From: a virus
IMG/VR virus record: IMGVR_UViG_3300009514_000888
Coordinates: 1-64,000 of that record
Reading direction: 5' to 3' (one strand)
Length of the DNA: 64,000 nt
The notes under the pieces are model-generated. The model saw nothing but the letters and a program-made list of their open reading frames with translations, did not search any database and was not told where the DNA came from. This document shows positions 1 through 9,803 of this stretch, one piece after another. The position numbers and the translations under genes were made by a program. The first letter of the stretch is position 1. Each line of letters begins with the position of its first letter.

Positions 1-96
1 GATAGTGCAAGACCTAAGACTAATCCTAATTGGAAGAGTCAAGGGCAGTTGTCGTTGAACTGAGAATCCCCCACCCTTGTGGTGGGGGTACTTCAA
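1..96 (+). mobile_element. 3' end of an IS200/IS605-family (tnpB-like) element: end of a CDS running off the left edge (stop TGA 61-63) plus right-end palindrome
   Basis: Frame 1 reads DSARPKTNPNWKSQGQLSLN*, immediately followed by GAATCCCCCACC-CTTGT-GGTGGGGG-TACTTCAA, the hairpin plus TAxTTCA pattern typical of tnpB right ends. The transposase itself is outside the window. Confidence 0.55.
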
Positions 97-122
97 ATCG
101 CACGCCCCATTCGGCTGTTCGA

Positions 123-314
123 ATGAAAGTGATTGATTTTATCGAGGAGTATTTTAACTCCGGAGAATCTTTGACTTTTGTCACTGGTAATAGCGAGCGT
201 ATGCAGCGCATCATCATCGCGGTAATTGATGAATATCGACTAGAGCATACGGTGGGCGATCCTTTTGATAGCAGCAACAAGGGATATATCAAGGTGCAAA
301 CATCGACTGCCTGA
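123..314 (+). CDS. small Smr-like domain protein, possibly 5'-truncated by the upstream element
   Basis: H-SAVRMKVIDFIEEY...LTFVTGNSERMQRII resembles small phage Smr-like proteins, but the usual N-terminal DLHG is absent. Confidence 0.4.
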   Translation: MKVIDFIEEYFNSGESLTFVTGNSERMQRIIIAVIDEYRLEHTVGDPFDSSNKGYIKVQTSTA

Positions 315-332
315 GTATCCCTGGCAAGGGCT

Positions 333-545
333 ATGAAACTAGAGTTTTGTCCATTTTGCGGGATCGACACGCAGTGTACGGAGCGACCAGAGAATCGATC
401 CTATACGGTGCGAGGTAAACGCATTGAGCTGCGCGCCGTTCCCTTTTTGAAATGCTCGAAGTGCCAGGAGTCGTTCATTGACGACAGGTTCGGCGACCCG
501 ATTGAGAAGGCGCATGCCATAGCGACGAATTTGCGCGGCTCTTGA
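333..545 (+). CDS. YgiT/MqsA-type zinc finger protein
   Basis: CPFCG...CSKCQESF with a V-P-x-x-x-C spacing like the MqsA N-terminal domain; no HTH follows. Confidence 0.6.
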   Translation: MKLEFCPFCGIDTQCTERPENRSYTVRGKRIELRAVPFLKCSKCQESFIDDRFGDPIEKAHAIATNLRGS

Positions 546-685
546 CGAGACGACAACATCATATGGAGATCGATCAGATTGGGCGTGTAGAGCAATGTCT
601 TCGAAACCGGCGATAATTATCACCAGAAATATCTTGAGGCTGTTGGCTTTTCTCCGGCGAATTTTCGACATAGGATATATTCCCT

Positions 686-1036
686 ATGCTATCAGAGCGT
701 GTAAAACAACTGTTTCGAGGAGCCTCCATACAGGCTCGCCTACACAGCGATCCTGGCGGATTCAATCTGGGGCCGGACGAGAAAAATATGGGAGATGTTT
801 TGCGGCAGGCGAACGAGCAGGCAGAAGGCGCGATCCCCAATGGGACTCGTGTGGAGAAGATTAATTCAAATTCATCTGATGCTCATGTAGATGGCTCAGA
901 AGGAATAATTGTGGCCTCGGTCGGGCCTATAGTGCATTTGGGAAGAATGACGATATCATACTTTGTATGCTGGGACGATGCCCCAGACTTCCCCGTTGGC
1001 ATACTTGATAGTCGAGTCCGTCCATTAAACAAGTAA
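686..1036 (+). CDS. hypothetical protein (start may be ATG 788)
   Basis: ORF in the gene-dense + strand run. Confidence 0.5.
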   Translation: MLSERVKQLFRGASIQARLHSDPGGFNLGPDEKNMGDVLRQANEQAEGAIPNGTRVEKINSNSSDAHVDGSEGIIVASVGPIVHLGRMTISYFVCWDDAPDFPVGILDSRVRPLNK

Positions 1037-1153
1037 CAGGAGCGTAGCCATGTCAGTATTCGTATCTTCTTGTTCTGGTCTAGGTAGGCAACTAACTGCC
1101 AGACTTTGGTCTAACACGCACATGTGTAAGTCCAAGAACAACAAGGAGCCATT

Positions 1154-2092
1154 ATGCGACCTGACATGGATAAGCAAATCTGCGAGTGCTATCGCTCGGG
1201 CGCGATCCCCTATCGCGTCCATCGGGCCCGGTTGAAGTATAAACTTCGCTCAGCCGTCCTGCTTGACGACTTCGACGGACTGGTTCCTCGCGAATCAATT
1301 CGGAGTTGGGCTAATCTTAACTGGTCGAGAAAGGAATTTGGCGAGAACCTTAGTCCTCTTCGCCGCTTCATCCTTAGCTCCATTGGACGCCCCTGGAATG
1401 ATATCCATTCCGAGATGTCCCGGCATATTCGCTTGGATTCAACAGTTCAGCGACATATCTGGGAGCATGTCCAATGGTATATCGAAGAGCATACGCTGCT
1501 CGATGAAAATGGCGAGGTTCGCTATTATCCGAATCGAGGATGGGATGATCTCGGTCCACCGCCGAAGATTGAAGAGTCGTTCGCTCTCGTTTACGTTTGT
1601 CCCGAAACCGGAGTTTTGAAGAAGGTACCGCGTGCCAGATATCGCTATCGCAGTAGCTTCGTTCCCTATAAAAAGGTCCGTGTTGAAATCGATAAGTGGA
1701 CTCAGGCTCATAATCTCAAGGGGAATTGGTACCTATTGTACCTGGATCCAATTCCCAAGGCGTATTGGAAACCCTGGACTGATCGCGAAAAGAAGAGATG
1801 CGAAAGGAAAATCAACGAATATGTTGCCCTTGGAGAATCCGGTAGATTGGGGGATTCTGCCAGCCAGTATTGTCGAAACGCAGAAGGGCGATGGGTGATC
1901 CCTAAATATCGTGACTGCGCCATCGACGACATTATTGATGAATGGGATCGGTTCTTGCACACTGGAGGATATGATCCCGATCTGAATGAGCAGGTGTATG
2001 GGCGAATCGGGGTTTATGCGATACGTCGTAAGCAGATGAACAAACGAGAAATCCGTCGTTACAAGGTTCGAGAACATATGGCGATTCGTTAG
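1154..2092 (+). CDS. hypothetical protein
   Basis: 312-aa ORF with AAGGAG RBS upstream. Confidence 0.7.
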   Translation: MRPDMDKQICECYRSGAIPYRVHRARLKYKLRSAVLLDDFDGLVPRESIRSWANLNWSRKEFGENLSPLRRFILSSIGRPWNDIHSEMSRHIRLDSTVQRHIWEHVQWYIEEHTLLDENGEVRYYPNRGWDDLGPPPKIEESFALVYVCPETGVLKKVPRARYRYRSSFVPYKKVRVEIDKWTQAHNLKGNWYLLYLDPIPKAYWKPWTDREKKRCERKINEYVALGESGRLGDSASQYCRNAEGRWVIPKYRDCAIDDIIDEWDRFLHTGGYDPDLNEQVYGRIGVYAIRRKQMNKREIRRYKVREHMAIR

Positions 2093-2134
2093 CCGGATGG
2101 TCGAAATACCTTCAAGACGACTGCATGAGAGGTC

Positions 2135-2911
2135 ATGGGCGTAGACCCAGAAGAGTCCTTCATCGCGACAGCCGTCCTTGATAGAATGCCCCATTCGCTT
2201 CGCAATGTGGACCAGGCGATGTCAAAAACTTTATCCAGGAAGAAATCCTCGCGATTATGGCGTAACATTATGGATTATTGCACCAAAGGCACGCCTATGA
2301 TTAAGGGGAAGGATGCGTGGGTGCTGATCCTACTGTTGAAGAAGACGTTATCGGTTCCTGGCGATGTAGTTGAGATCGGATGTCATAAGGGCAGGACCAC
2401 AGTTGCTTTTCAGTCGTTGTTGAACTATTTTGGAGTTTCTAAGCAGATATATGCCTATGATTCGTTTCAAGGATTGCCCCCAGAACGCCCGGATGAATCG
2501 TATGATCTTTCGTATTATGAAAAAACGGTAACGGACAAGAGTTGGACGAAAGGCTCTACGCAGGGATTGTGTCATGCGACCATAGGCGACTTTGAAAAGA
2601 ATATGCTTCGAGCGGGTGTTGAAATGCCCATCGTTCGAGAGGGGTGGTTGGAGGATACGCTCGATAGTAGCATGCCGGATAGGATTAGCTTTGCTTTTTT
2701 CGATGTTGATATGTACTCGTCCACCAAGACAGCTCTGAATCGGCTGGTTCCCAGGATGAGCATAGGGGCGATAGGGTGCATACATGATTACTCATGGCAT
2801 CCTTGGCGAGAAGGGGTTCGGAGGGCGTGCCAGGAGGAGTTAAGATATTTAGTTAGACCTATTGGAGCATATGGTGTGTTCCAAATAACGCAAGGAGCCA
2901 ATCATGGCTAA
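2135..2911 (+). CDS. TylF/MycF-family (macrocin-O-) methyltransferase
   Basis: VPGDVVEIGCHKG, YAYDSFQGLP, FAFFDVDMYSST and IHDY motifs. Confidence 0.85.
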   Translation: MGVDPEESFIATAVLDRMPHSLRNVDQAMSKTLSRKKSSRLWRNIMDYCTKGTPMIKGKDAWVLILLLKKTLSVPGDVVEIGCHKGRTTVAFQSLLNYFGVSKQIYAYDSFQGLPPERPDESYDLSYYEKTVTDKSWTKGSTQGLCHATIGDFEKNMLRAGVEMPIVREGWLEDTLDSSMPDRISFAFFDVDMYSSTKTALNRLVPRMSIGAIGCIHDYSWHPWREGVRRACQEELRYLVRPIGAYGVFQITQGANHG

Positions 2912-3684
2912 GAAACGAAAACGAGATCGCAAGATTCATCACTTGGATAGGCGTCCCGTCGAGGGTAAAGCGCAGGAGTGTCTTTGACCCATCCATATCT
3001 CATGAACTGATTCTAGAGATTCAGTTCGGTACTGGTGGCGAAGACAGCAAGCTCTTTGTCGAAGACTTGGCCGCCGCCTACCTAAAATATGCCAATCGTT
3101 TAGGGTTGTCCGCTGAGCTGCTCGACAGCTTCGACGGTCATATTGCGCTCAAGATGAGCGGGAGAGGCGTCTGGAGGGCTTTCTGCCACGAGTCAGGCAA
3201 GCATGTCGTCCAGCGTGTGCCGCCCACAGAACGCAGCGGAAGGCGGCAAACGTCTGTTGTGGCGGTATCCATTTTGCCGATCTTTGAACAGAAGGCATCC
3301 CCTTTGCCTGATGCAGATATAGAGATTATGCCGTTTAGCAGCGGCGGGCCGGGCGGACAGCATCGCAACCGCAAGAAGAAAGCGATACGGATGCGGCATA
3401 AGCCTACGGGCATTCAGTCCATTGTAGCAACCAAGGATCGTCAATACAATCTTAAAGAGGCGCGCAAGATTCTGACTGCACGGGTGAATATGAGAAAGTT
3501 AGAATCTCATCGTAAGGATTACGATGAGTCCCGTAAGCAGCAATGGGGAGGCGGGGGACGAACAGGCAAGATCAGGACGTATAACTTTATCGAGTCGAGA
3601 GTTACTGATCACCGCACAGGGCGAAAAACCAGGGCCATTGATTTGGTCATGAGAGGACAGATTGATCTGATCCTGCCTGCCTAA
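2904..3684 (+). CDS. class I peptide chain release factor (RF1-like, lacking domain 1), expressed via +1 frameshift at 2982-2988; about 259 aa
   Basis: ATG 2904 after AAGGAG gives 27 codons to TGA 2985. The +1 frame from 2986 is open to 3684 and encodes LILEIQFGTGGEDS, HVVQRVPPTERSGRRQTS (PxT), GGPGGQH (GGQ) and IRTYNF..SRVTDHR. Confidence 0.85.
2974..2988 (+). promoter_or_regulatory. RF2/prfB-type programmed +1 frameshift signal
   Basis: AGGAG-TGT-CTT-TGA-C: internal SD, 3-nt spacer, CUU-UGA-C, the same geometry as the prfB site. Confidence 0.85.
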
Positions 3685-3685
3685 A

Positions 3686-4807
3686 ATGGTTTCACAGTCA
3701 GCATATCTGATAAAACCCATACTCGATAATTCGGGTATGGGTTTTATTGCGCCTGAGCCTATACACGAATATGACCATTGCTTCAGCCGGAAATACGCGC
3801 AGGGGCAACATCGCTACTACTTCAATGCCACAGAATTCTCCTGGCCTGGTTCGGCAAGCCTGGAATGTGACTGTTTGGATCGCTTGTCAATAGATGCGTT
3901 CTGCGCGTCAACACAGAATGGGCTAAATGCGAACCATTTGCGGGCGCTCGCCTACGGCAACGCCTTGGCTTCCTTTTGGCCAGGGGCCAACGTTTGCGGT
4001 TCGCTGGTGATGAGAGATGGAAGTGTTTCGAAAGAGATTGATCGTTTTTATAAGATGCTTGGATTTCTTGGATGCAAAATGAATGTTCATAAGGACGCAG
4101 AATTTGTTCACACTAGATTAGATGGAGAATATGCTCTCGACGGAAAAAGGCTTATAGAAAATGTGATTACCGTGGATGATCAAGGCAGACGAACCAGAGC
4201 AAGAGATATTCTGTCTTTCATGCGGCATAACCGCCCCAGTCATTACATTGTCAGCATAGATCATGCCGGAGAGTTGGCACGCGTCGGGCAGACTAATGTT
4301 CATTACTTGGCCGGCGTCGATGGGGGCGATGCAATAGGTATGTTCGATTTGCTCGATACAGTTGAAGAGTCATTTGCAGGCCGAGGCGAAGATGCCAAGA
4401 AAATTGCGTGGAATTCAATTGCATATGCTATGTTTGCCGAAAGAAGGGGAGAGGTATTGTCTTTGGATGTAAAGGATTCCCAGGGTTCGTATCTATACGA
4501 CATACTAGAACGTGCTGATGGTTTATCCCGAGACATCTTAACTGGTGAAACCATAGAATTGCAGGATAAGGATGTGCAGATGTTAGGGTTTGCGGCGTAC
4601 GAATACTATTACCGTTATTTGTCCGCTCAAAAGTTTGATCCGTATCCGTTGGCTAAATACGCTTTAATGTTGGCTAGGCGCTTGGATCAGTATTGCGAAT
4701 CGGAAGAATATCATCGTCCAGCCTTTGAGTGGTCTATCATGGAAACAAAAATGGGGTTGATTAGTGCGATGATGTCCCTGGGACTATTCGTTCCCAAAGA
4801 CACATGA
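3686..4807 (+). CDS. hypothetical protein
   Basis: 373-aa ORF abutting the release factor stop. Confidence 0.7.
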   Translation: MVSQSAYLIKPILDNSGMGFIAPEPIHEYDHCFSRKYAQGQHRYYFNATEFSWPGSASLECDCLDRLSIDAFCASTQNGLNANHLRALAYGNALASFWPGANVCGSLVMRDGSVSKEIDRFYKMLGFLGCKMNVHKDAEFVHTRLDGEYALDGKRLIENVITVDDQGRRTRARDILSFMRHNRPSHYIVSIDHAGELARVGQTNVHYLAGVDGGDAIGMFDLLDTVEESFAGRGEDAKKIAWNSIAYAMFAERRGEVLSLDVKDSQGSYLYDILERADGLSRDILTGETIELQDKDVQMLGFAAYEYYYRYLSAQKFDPYPLAKYALMLARRLDQYCESEEYHRPAFEWSIMETKMGLISAMMSLGLFVPKDT

Positions 4808-4835
4808 ATAGCGTTTTTGCTAAGGGAGAAAGAAT

Positions 4836-5198
4836 ATGCCCTATGATATTGAGTATATTCGGGAGTCTGTTGGTGAGCTAAAGCGGCAAACACAGAGTTG
4901 GATGCCCATCCTTAAGGGAACAGAGAAAATCATATGCTGCGCCGAAATGGCAGGAATTGATGTCTCAGAGATACGGGGACTCCGTCATACGGCTATTGCT
5001 GACTTGCGAATCATACTTCGTAAAATTGAATTCCTCGAAAAAGATATGCTTTTTGCAGACGAATGGGATGAGGATGATTTTCATCTCTTTGGGGAACGAT
5101 TCATTGACTTCCAAGAATACGTTTGCTACGAAACGGATAGTTTCAAGAATCTTAGTGATAAAATGGATCAAATTCTCCAGCAATCGAGGGAAGAGTGA
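4836..5198 (+). CDS. hypothetical protein
   Basis: ORF with GGGAGA RBS. Confidence 0.6.
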   Translation: MPYDIEYIRESVGELKRQTQSWMPILKGTEKIICCAEMAGIDVSEIRGLRHTAIADLRIILRKIEFLEKDMLFADEWDEDDFHLFGERFIDFQEYVCYETDSFKNLSDKMDQILQQSREE

Positions 5199-5512
5199 TA
5201 TACTCCGAGGAACAGGCTCAAATTTGGGATGAGATCATCGATGCCGACCCCAAGATTCCCAAATTCTTCAAAAACTCAGAGCATGGCAGGGAATTGTGTC
5301 GAGCCTGGATATTTATGGGACAAAACCTTATTGAACGCGCCGGATATACTAGGGCAGAGGTCGCGGCTTTCGGTCGCCGGTTCTGCATGAAACACTTGGC
5401 CAGGCGATCCCCGATAGACGAGATATGGGATGCTGCCGAATCCCATGTTGAAGAATTGTGCCAAACGCCAGACGAAGAATCGAATATAAGGGGTCAACAT
5501 GAAATCTCGTAG
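5195..5512 (+). CDS. hypothetical protein
   Basis: ORF overlapping the upstream stop (GTGA). Confidence 0.55.
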   Translation: MIYSEEQAQIWDEIIDADPKIPKFFKNSEHGRELCRAWIFMGQNLIERAGYTRAEVAAFGRRFCMKHLARRSPIDEIWDAAESHVEELCQTPDEESNIRGQHEIS

Positions 5513-6029
5513 TTGGCATTTTGTGGACAAATCCGCTTGGGGCGATGGCCCTTGGCAGGATGAGCCTGACAAGAAACAGTGGGTAGACCAAGAGACTCAT
5601 CTGCCCTGTCTGATAGTGCGATCTAGGGTGACGGGATCGCTTTGCGGCTATGTGGGCGTTCCTGCTTCGCATCCGTGGTATGGCAAGTCTTATAATGACA
5701 TTCACCAGGAATATGAGGTAACGGTTCATGGCGGGTTGACCTTTGCGGGGACATGCGATGGCGAGCCTCGTGGTGTCTGTCATATCGTGGAAGATGGGGA
5801 AGATGACAATGTTTGGTGGGTTGGATTTGATTGCGCTCATGCCTGGGACTTAACCCCGTCGTCTGTAGCGATCATGCGAGCGATATATGACGCCAAGGGC
5901 GAGTTCTATCATCGCCGAATAGATGACATATACCGAGACGAAACATACGTAGCTGACTGTATTCGGTTATTGGCTGCGCAAGCGAAAGGCGCAGAGAAGG
6001 AAGAGGAAGATCGAAGCGCCATGTACTAG
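5499..6029 (+). CDS. phage hypothetical protein (CGYV..HP, HGGLTF, GFDCAH motifs)
   Basis: Motif pattern recurrent in uncharacterised phage proteins. Confidence 0.7.
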   Translation: MKSRSWHFVDKSAWGDGPWQDEPDKKQWVDQETHLPCLIVRSRVTGSLCGYVGVPASHPWYGKSYNDIHQEYEVTVHGGLTFAGTCDGEPRGVCHIVEDGEDDNVWWVGFDCAHAWDLTPSSVAIMRAIYDAKGEFYHRRIDDIYRDETYVADCIRLLAAQAKGAEKEEEDRSAMY

Positions 6030-6031
6030 GC

Positions 6032-6775
6032 ATGGCGTTTAAGCATCTTATCCTTGCGCTCGGACGGTCTGGCAGTACCACGTTGATGGAAGCGGTAAAC
6101 TGTCATCCGGATGCCTATCTTCTATCAGAGCCATTTAATAAACAGTGGGGCAAATTTTCGCATGTCAAATCTGTTTCAGGTATTGATGCCGCGATCCATA
6201 GTATGCAAGTATTCACTGGGTTTAAGCATACGATGGGAAATACCGCGTCATTTGATAGCGATGGCGTGATTTATCATCACATCTTGAATCATCATCCTCG
6301 CGTTATTTTACTGACGAGAGACAATATGTTGCGCCGGGCCGTATCCATGTCGATGTCTGCGCAAACTCAGGTATGGCATGTCAATCGGCAGCCCGATGCC
6401 AGAGAGAGGATATCTCAGTTTGAATTTCAACCTTTATGGGCGAATTATATCGAAAAGATTCTGCGAACGTCTGTTCTGTGGGTAGAGGCATGCGAAGCAT
6501 ATTTGAGGGAACATGGTATTATTTATCGCAAAATGACGTATGAAAATTTGATGGGCGAAGATGTTCTGGTGGGGTTGCGCATTAAGCGTTTTATGCGTGT
6601 TCTAAAGACCCTGGGATTGAGCAGGGATCATCCGAAATTCAATCCATCGAAGCTGGAAGTTATCTTGTCTCCAAAAAATAAGTTGAATTCCAGGGAAGTA
6701 TATAGGAGAGTTCCTAATATAGACGAAATAGAAGAGGTGTTTGGTAGCCCCGAAAATGGCTACTTGTTCCGATAA
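6032..6775 (+). CDS. sulfotransferase-family protein (Stf0/NodH-like)
   Basis: N-terminal PAPS-binding GRSGSTTL, LLSEPF and ILLTRDN..RAVS motifs. Confidence 0.75.
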   Translation: MAFKHLILALGRSGSTTLMEAVNCHPDAYLLSEPFNKQWGKFSHVKSVSGIDAAIHSMQVFTGFKHTMGNTASFDSDGVIYHHILNHHPRVILLTRDNMLRRAVSMSMSAQTQVWHVNRQPDARERISQFEFQPLWANYIEKILRTSVLWVEACEAYLREHGIIYRKMTYENLMGEDVLVGLRIKRFMRVLKTLGLSRDHPKFNPSKLEVILSPKNKLNSREVYRRVPNIDEIEEVFGSPENGYLFR

Positions 6776-6790
6776 TTTGGAAGGACTGCC

Positions 6791-7063
6791 ATGACTCCCG
6801 AAATGCAGCTGAATTGGGTGGGCGAGGTTTACAAGCAATACATGGCAGATGATACTGCAACTTACCACGAAATAGAAGTCAGGCTAAAGGGAGGCCAAGA
6901 CGCGGATCAAGAAGAATACCACGGGCAATCGTATGAGTTATGGGAGGCTGGTCCATTCTGGTGGGCAAGAACGCCAGATGAATTCGAGGAGCTTGCCTGG
7001 ACCCGAGAAGAGGCGGTCCGGCTGATTGAGAAACACATCGACCAAGCATGTCTCGTCAACTAG
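6791..7063 (+). CDS. hypothetical protein
   Basis: ORF with AAGGA RBS. Confidence 0.55.
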   Translation: MTPEMQLNWVGEVYKQYMADDTATYHEIEVRLKGGQDADQEEYHGQSYELWEAGPFWWARTPDEFEELAWTREEAVRLIEKHIDQACLVN

Positions 7064-8016
7064 TCAAGATAGGAGCGGCTCGAATACCCCAGGGGCCAAG
7101 AACTGAAGAAGACGCCAAGGAAAATGTGCGCTTTGTCATAAGAACACTTTTTGCTGATCAGAAATACGAATTCCAATTATCTGATGATCCTGATTATGTC
7201 ATCTATTTTGCGTCATTAGATGCCTGCCCGCCTGGGAAACATCCTTATGATCCGCAAAATGACCATATCAAAATCTTTGTCTCTTGGGAGCCTCCTACTC
7301 CAGATGATCTAAATCAATACGACTGGCTTTTTACCTGGGTGTATGACGATTTATTGGGCAACCCGCGACATTTGCGGGTTCCATATCACTATTACTTTGG
7401 ATCGCAGTATAGATTGTCGCAACCCAGGGATTGGGATCGGGTTTTTTCGCAAAAGACCAAGTTCTGTAACTTCATCTATTCTCGAGATGTGGAAGTCCGC
7501 AATGAATTTATGCGGAGATTGAACCGATACAAGAGGGTTGACTCGCCTGGCAGGTGTTGCCGCAACATGGTCATGCCGCTGGCCCACGCCGGCAAATCTT
7601 ACAAGCCGATAGACTTCTTGCGATCTTATAAGTTCACGATCTCATTTGAGAACTCGTCAATCGTGGGCTATACGACAGAGAAGATATGCGAATCCATGTA
7701 TGCAGACTCGATACCGATTTATTGGGGGAACCCTTGGATCGGCAGGGACTTTAACGCCGACAGTTTTGTCCATGTCTACGACAAGTCTGCTTTGCAGCAC
7801 CCGAGATTTGGCATGGATTATCAGGAGCCGGATTATTCGATTTCTCCGTCAGAGACTCTGTCTGAATCAATGGACGTTGTCATAGAGAGGATAATTCAAC
7901 TGGATAATGACGATGCACTGTATGCGGGTATGCTGCGACAGCCCTGGCGGGCGGAATACGGCATCCCAGATATGCAAGATCGGCTATCGAAGCGATGCCG
8001 AGAGATATTTGGATAG
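7048..8016 (+). CDS. glycosyltransferase family 10 (alpha-1,3-fucosyltransferase-like)
   Basis: KTKFCNFIYS, YKFTISFENS, GYTTEKI and PIYWG motifs. Confidence 0.85.
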   Translation: MSRQLVKIGAARIPQGPRTEEDAKENVRFVIRTLFADQKYEFQLSDDPDYVIYFASLDACPPGKHPYDPQNDHIKIFVSWEPPTPDDLNQYDWLFTWVYDDLLGNPRHLRVPYHYYFGSQYRLSQPRDWDRVFSQKTKFCNFIYSRDVEVRNEFMRRLNRYKRVDSPGRCCRNMVMPLAHAGKSYKPIDFLRSYKFTISFENSSIVGYTTEKICESMYADSIPIYWGNPWIGRDFNADSFVHVYDKSALQHPRFGMDYQEPDYSISPSETLSESMDVVIERIIQLDNDDALYAGMLRQPWRAEYGIPDMQDRLSKRCREIFG

Positions 8017-8223
8017 GAGACGGTATGTGGGGACTTCAGGCGTACGATGAAGACAACGACCGATGGGTAACAATCTTTGAGAACGCGGACGATTACGTCG
8101 TTCTAGATGAATATGAGAAAATGAGAAGTTCACCAGAAGCTCGCACAGGACTTCGGGTTCTGGATAGCGGAAGTCGAACATCTCGCCTATGCCATGCATG
8201 AATGCTCAAAGGAGAATTGAGAT

Positions 8224-8934
8224 ATGGCTAAAGATATCATGGAAATGTTGGACGATCAATCATTGGATCGGCTGACAGGGGAAATCATGGATGCAATTCG
8301 AGAACAACCCGAAGGCTCTCGTTGGGATTCCGAATTCGGCATTTCCAAGGGAAAAATGCAAAGCTCAGGGACGAATACGTGGTTCATGTTTGATGTGGAA
8401 GATCAATCGTATTTGCGAGAATTCATTGCGGCCCTTTATGGACGAGAGATGGAGGAAGACGAGAATCAGAAGATCAGCGAATTTGTGAATAGACTCTCTT
8501 ATAATATAATAGATGATATCGTCATGCTTCGAGAACAAATTCGCCAGTCGGTGATGCCGGATTCTGATGTCAAAATTTTCCCTCTAGACAAAATTGTCAT
8601 TGATGTTATTGATATTGTTGATTTCTCATCGGTGCCAGAAGACGGCAAGTATTTGACCAGATGGCGCAAGATTCCTGGGTTCTCAGTGGACATGCCTCGG
8701 GTCATGGAATTTGTGGCAGATGTACAGGAAACCGACCACGATTTGACAGTTCAAGACATAGTGGAGAGAGAGCAGCTTAAGGGGAATCAGCTGTTTGATG
8801 GCGTGATTTCTGCGGATCGCGGAACTAAGTATCTGTATGATGTTACGCTTTCGTTCTTTGTAGACTACTCTCCGGCGTCTCCTGAGGAAATTCTGGCGGC
8901 GATAGAAGGAGAAAAGAACAAAAAGAACGAATAA
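8224..8934 (+). CDS. hypothetical protein
   Basis: Acidic 236-aa ORF with AAAGGAG RBS. Confidence 0.7.
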   Translation: MAKDIMEMLDDQSLDRLTGEIMDAIREQPEGSRWDSEFGISKGKMQSSGTNTWFMFDVEDQSYLREFIAALYGREMEEDENQKISEFVNRLSYNIIDDIVMLREQIRQSVMPDSDVKIFPLDKIVIDVIDIVDFSSVPEDGKYLTRWRKIPGFSVDMPRVMEFVADVQETDHDLTVQDIVEREQLKGNQLFDGVISADRGTKYLYDVTLSFFVDYSPASPEEILAAIEGEKNKKNE

Positions 8935-9229
8935 TGCAATGGCTTACTCCTTCTAACCAACAGGCAATCCATTGAGACTGATTAGGGTCACTGCGCATGA
9001 ATATATGGCGATGGGACAGGATGGATTGCTTTGGTTTCGAATCAAGATGCCGCATTTGGACGAACAGTCTGGCAAATTGCTGGCAGGGCAAACATTCGCT
9101 AATCTTCAAGAATTATTGATGAAGGAAAAAGGTGGCATCCACGAAGAAGGAGGAAAAGGAAAAGAATGGATAGCATCAGAAGATGTAATTATTCAATAAG
9201 CAATTGCCCTTGACCCAAGGAGATAGATA

Positions 9230-9580
9230 ATGGCAATTACAGTATCACCAGTTCAACAGCCTATCATTACTCTGAATAATGCGCCATTGGACTTGGATGT
9301 CGTGTCATCAGGATTAAGCGTGACGAAGGCAGGCGTGACTACCGCTAATGCTCCTGCGGTACTCCGTATTACGGCAGGCGCAGGCGCAACCATCCGCTAT
9401 ACGCTGAATGGCCGCAACCCCAACCTGGGCTCCACCGTTTACGATGGTCCCATTACGCTTCGCGAAAACACTAATGGTTTTTCGTCCTCCCGAACCATTG
9501 TCAAAGCGAAGGCATATGTTAATGGCGACTCCTCCGTAATCACTAGAGCAGAAATCAAGATTCATGCGGTGAATACCTGA
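9230..9580 (+). CDS. chitobiase/beta-hexosaminidase C-terminal (Fn3-associated) domain protein, possibly virion-associated
   Basis: ATIRYTLNG..P...STVYDGPITL...TIVKAKAY motif. Confidence 0.7.
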   Translation: MAITVSPVQQPIITLNNAPLDLDVVSSGLSVTKAGVTTANAPAVLRITAGAGATIRYTLNGRNPNLGSTVYDGPITLRENTNGFSSSRTIVKAKAYVNGDSSVITRAEIKIHAVNT

Positions 9581-9803
9581 TCCCGACAACCCGCTATAAT
9601 GGCGGGATGAACGTTTTCGAGAATTTTCGCAGCTCGATTGGCATTATCCCAGTCGGGCTGTGTCTATTTGGGGACCACTTCTAGCCAAACTCCGGCACAT
9701 TTGAGGGTCTTGTTATTCATAAATGGATCGAACCTCGGTAACAACGCCGCGAGTTCATGTAGCAGGAATCGAACCCTTGTCACCTTTTTGAAAGGAATAA
9801 ATC

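Noticed and set aside
30-122. N-terminal extension of the first ORF (MEESRAVV...)
   Set aside because: It runs through the IS-end palindrome and is probably fortuitous
333-545. MqsRA toxin-antitoxin system
   Set aside because: Only the zinc-finger domain is present, with no HTH and no adjacent toxin
2985-2987. Selenocysteine or read-through at the RF TGA
   Set aside because: The homologous sequence continues in the +1 frame, not the same frame
9581-9803. Riboswitch upstream of the DUF350-PspA operon
   Set aside because: The long leader has several possible hairpins, but I could not match a known aptamer consensus; an Rfam scan is needed
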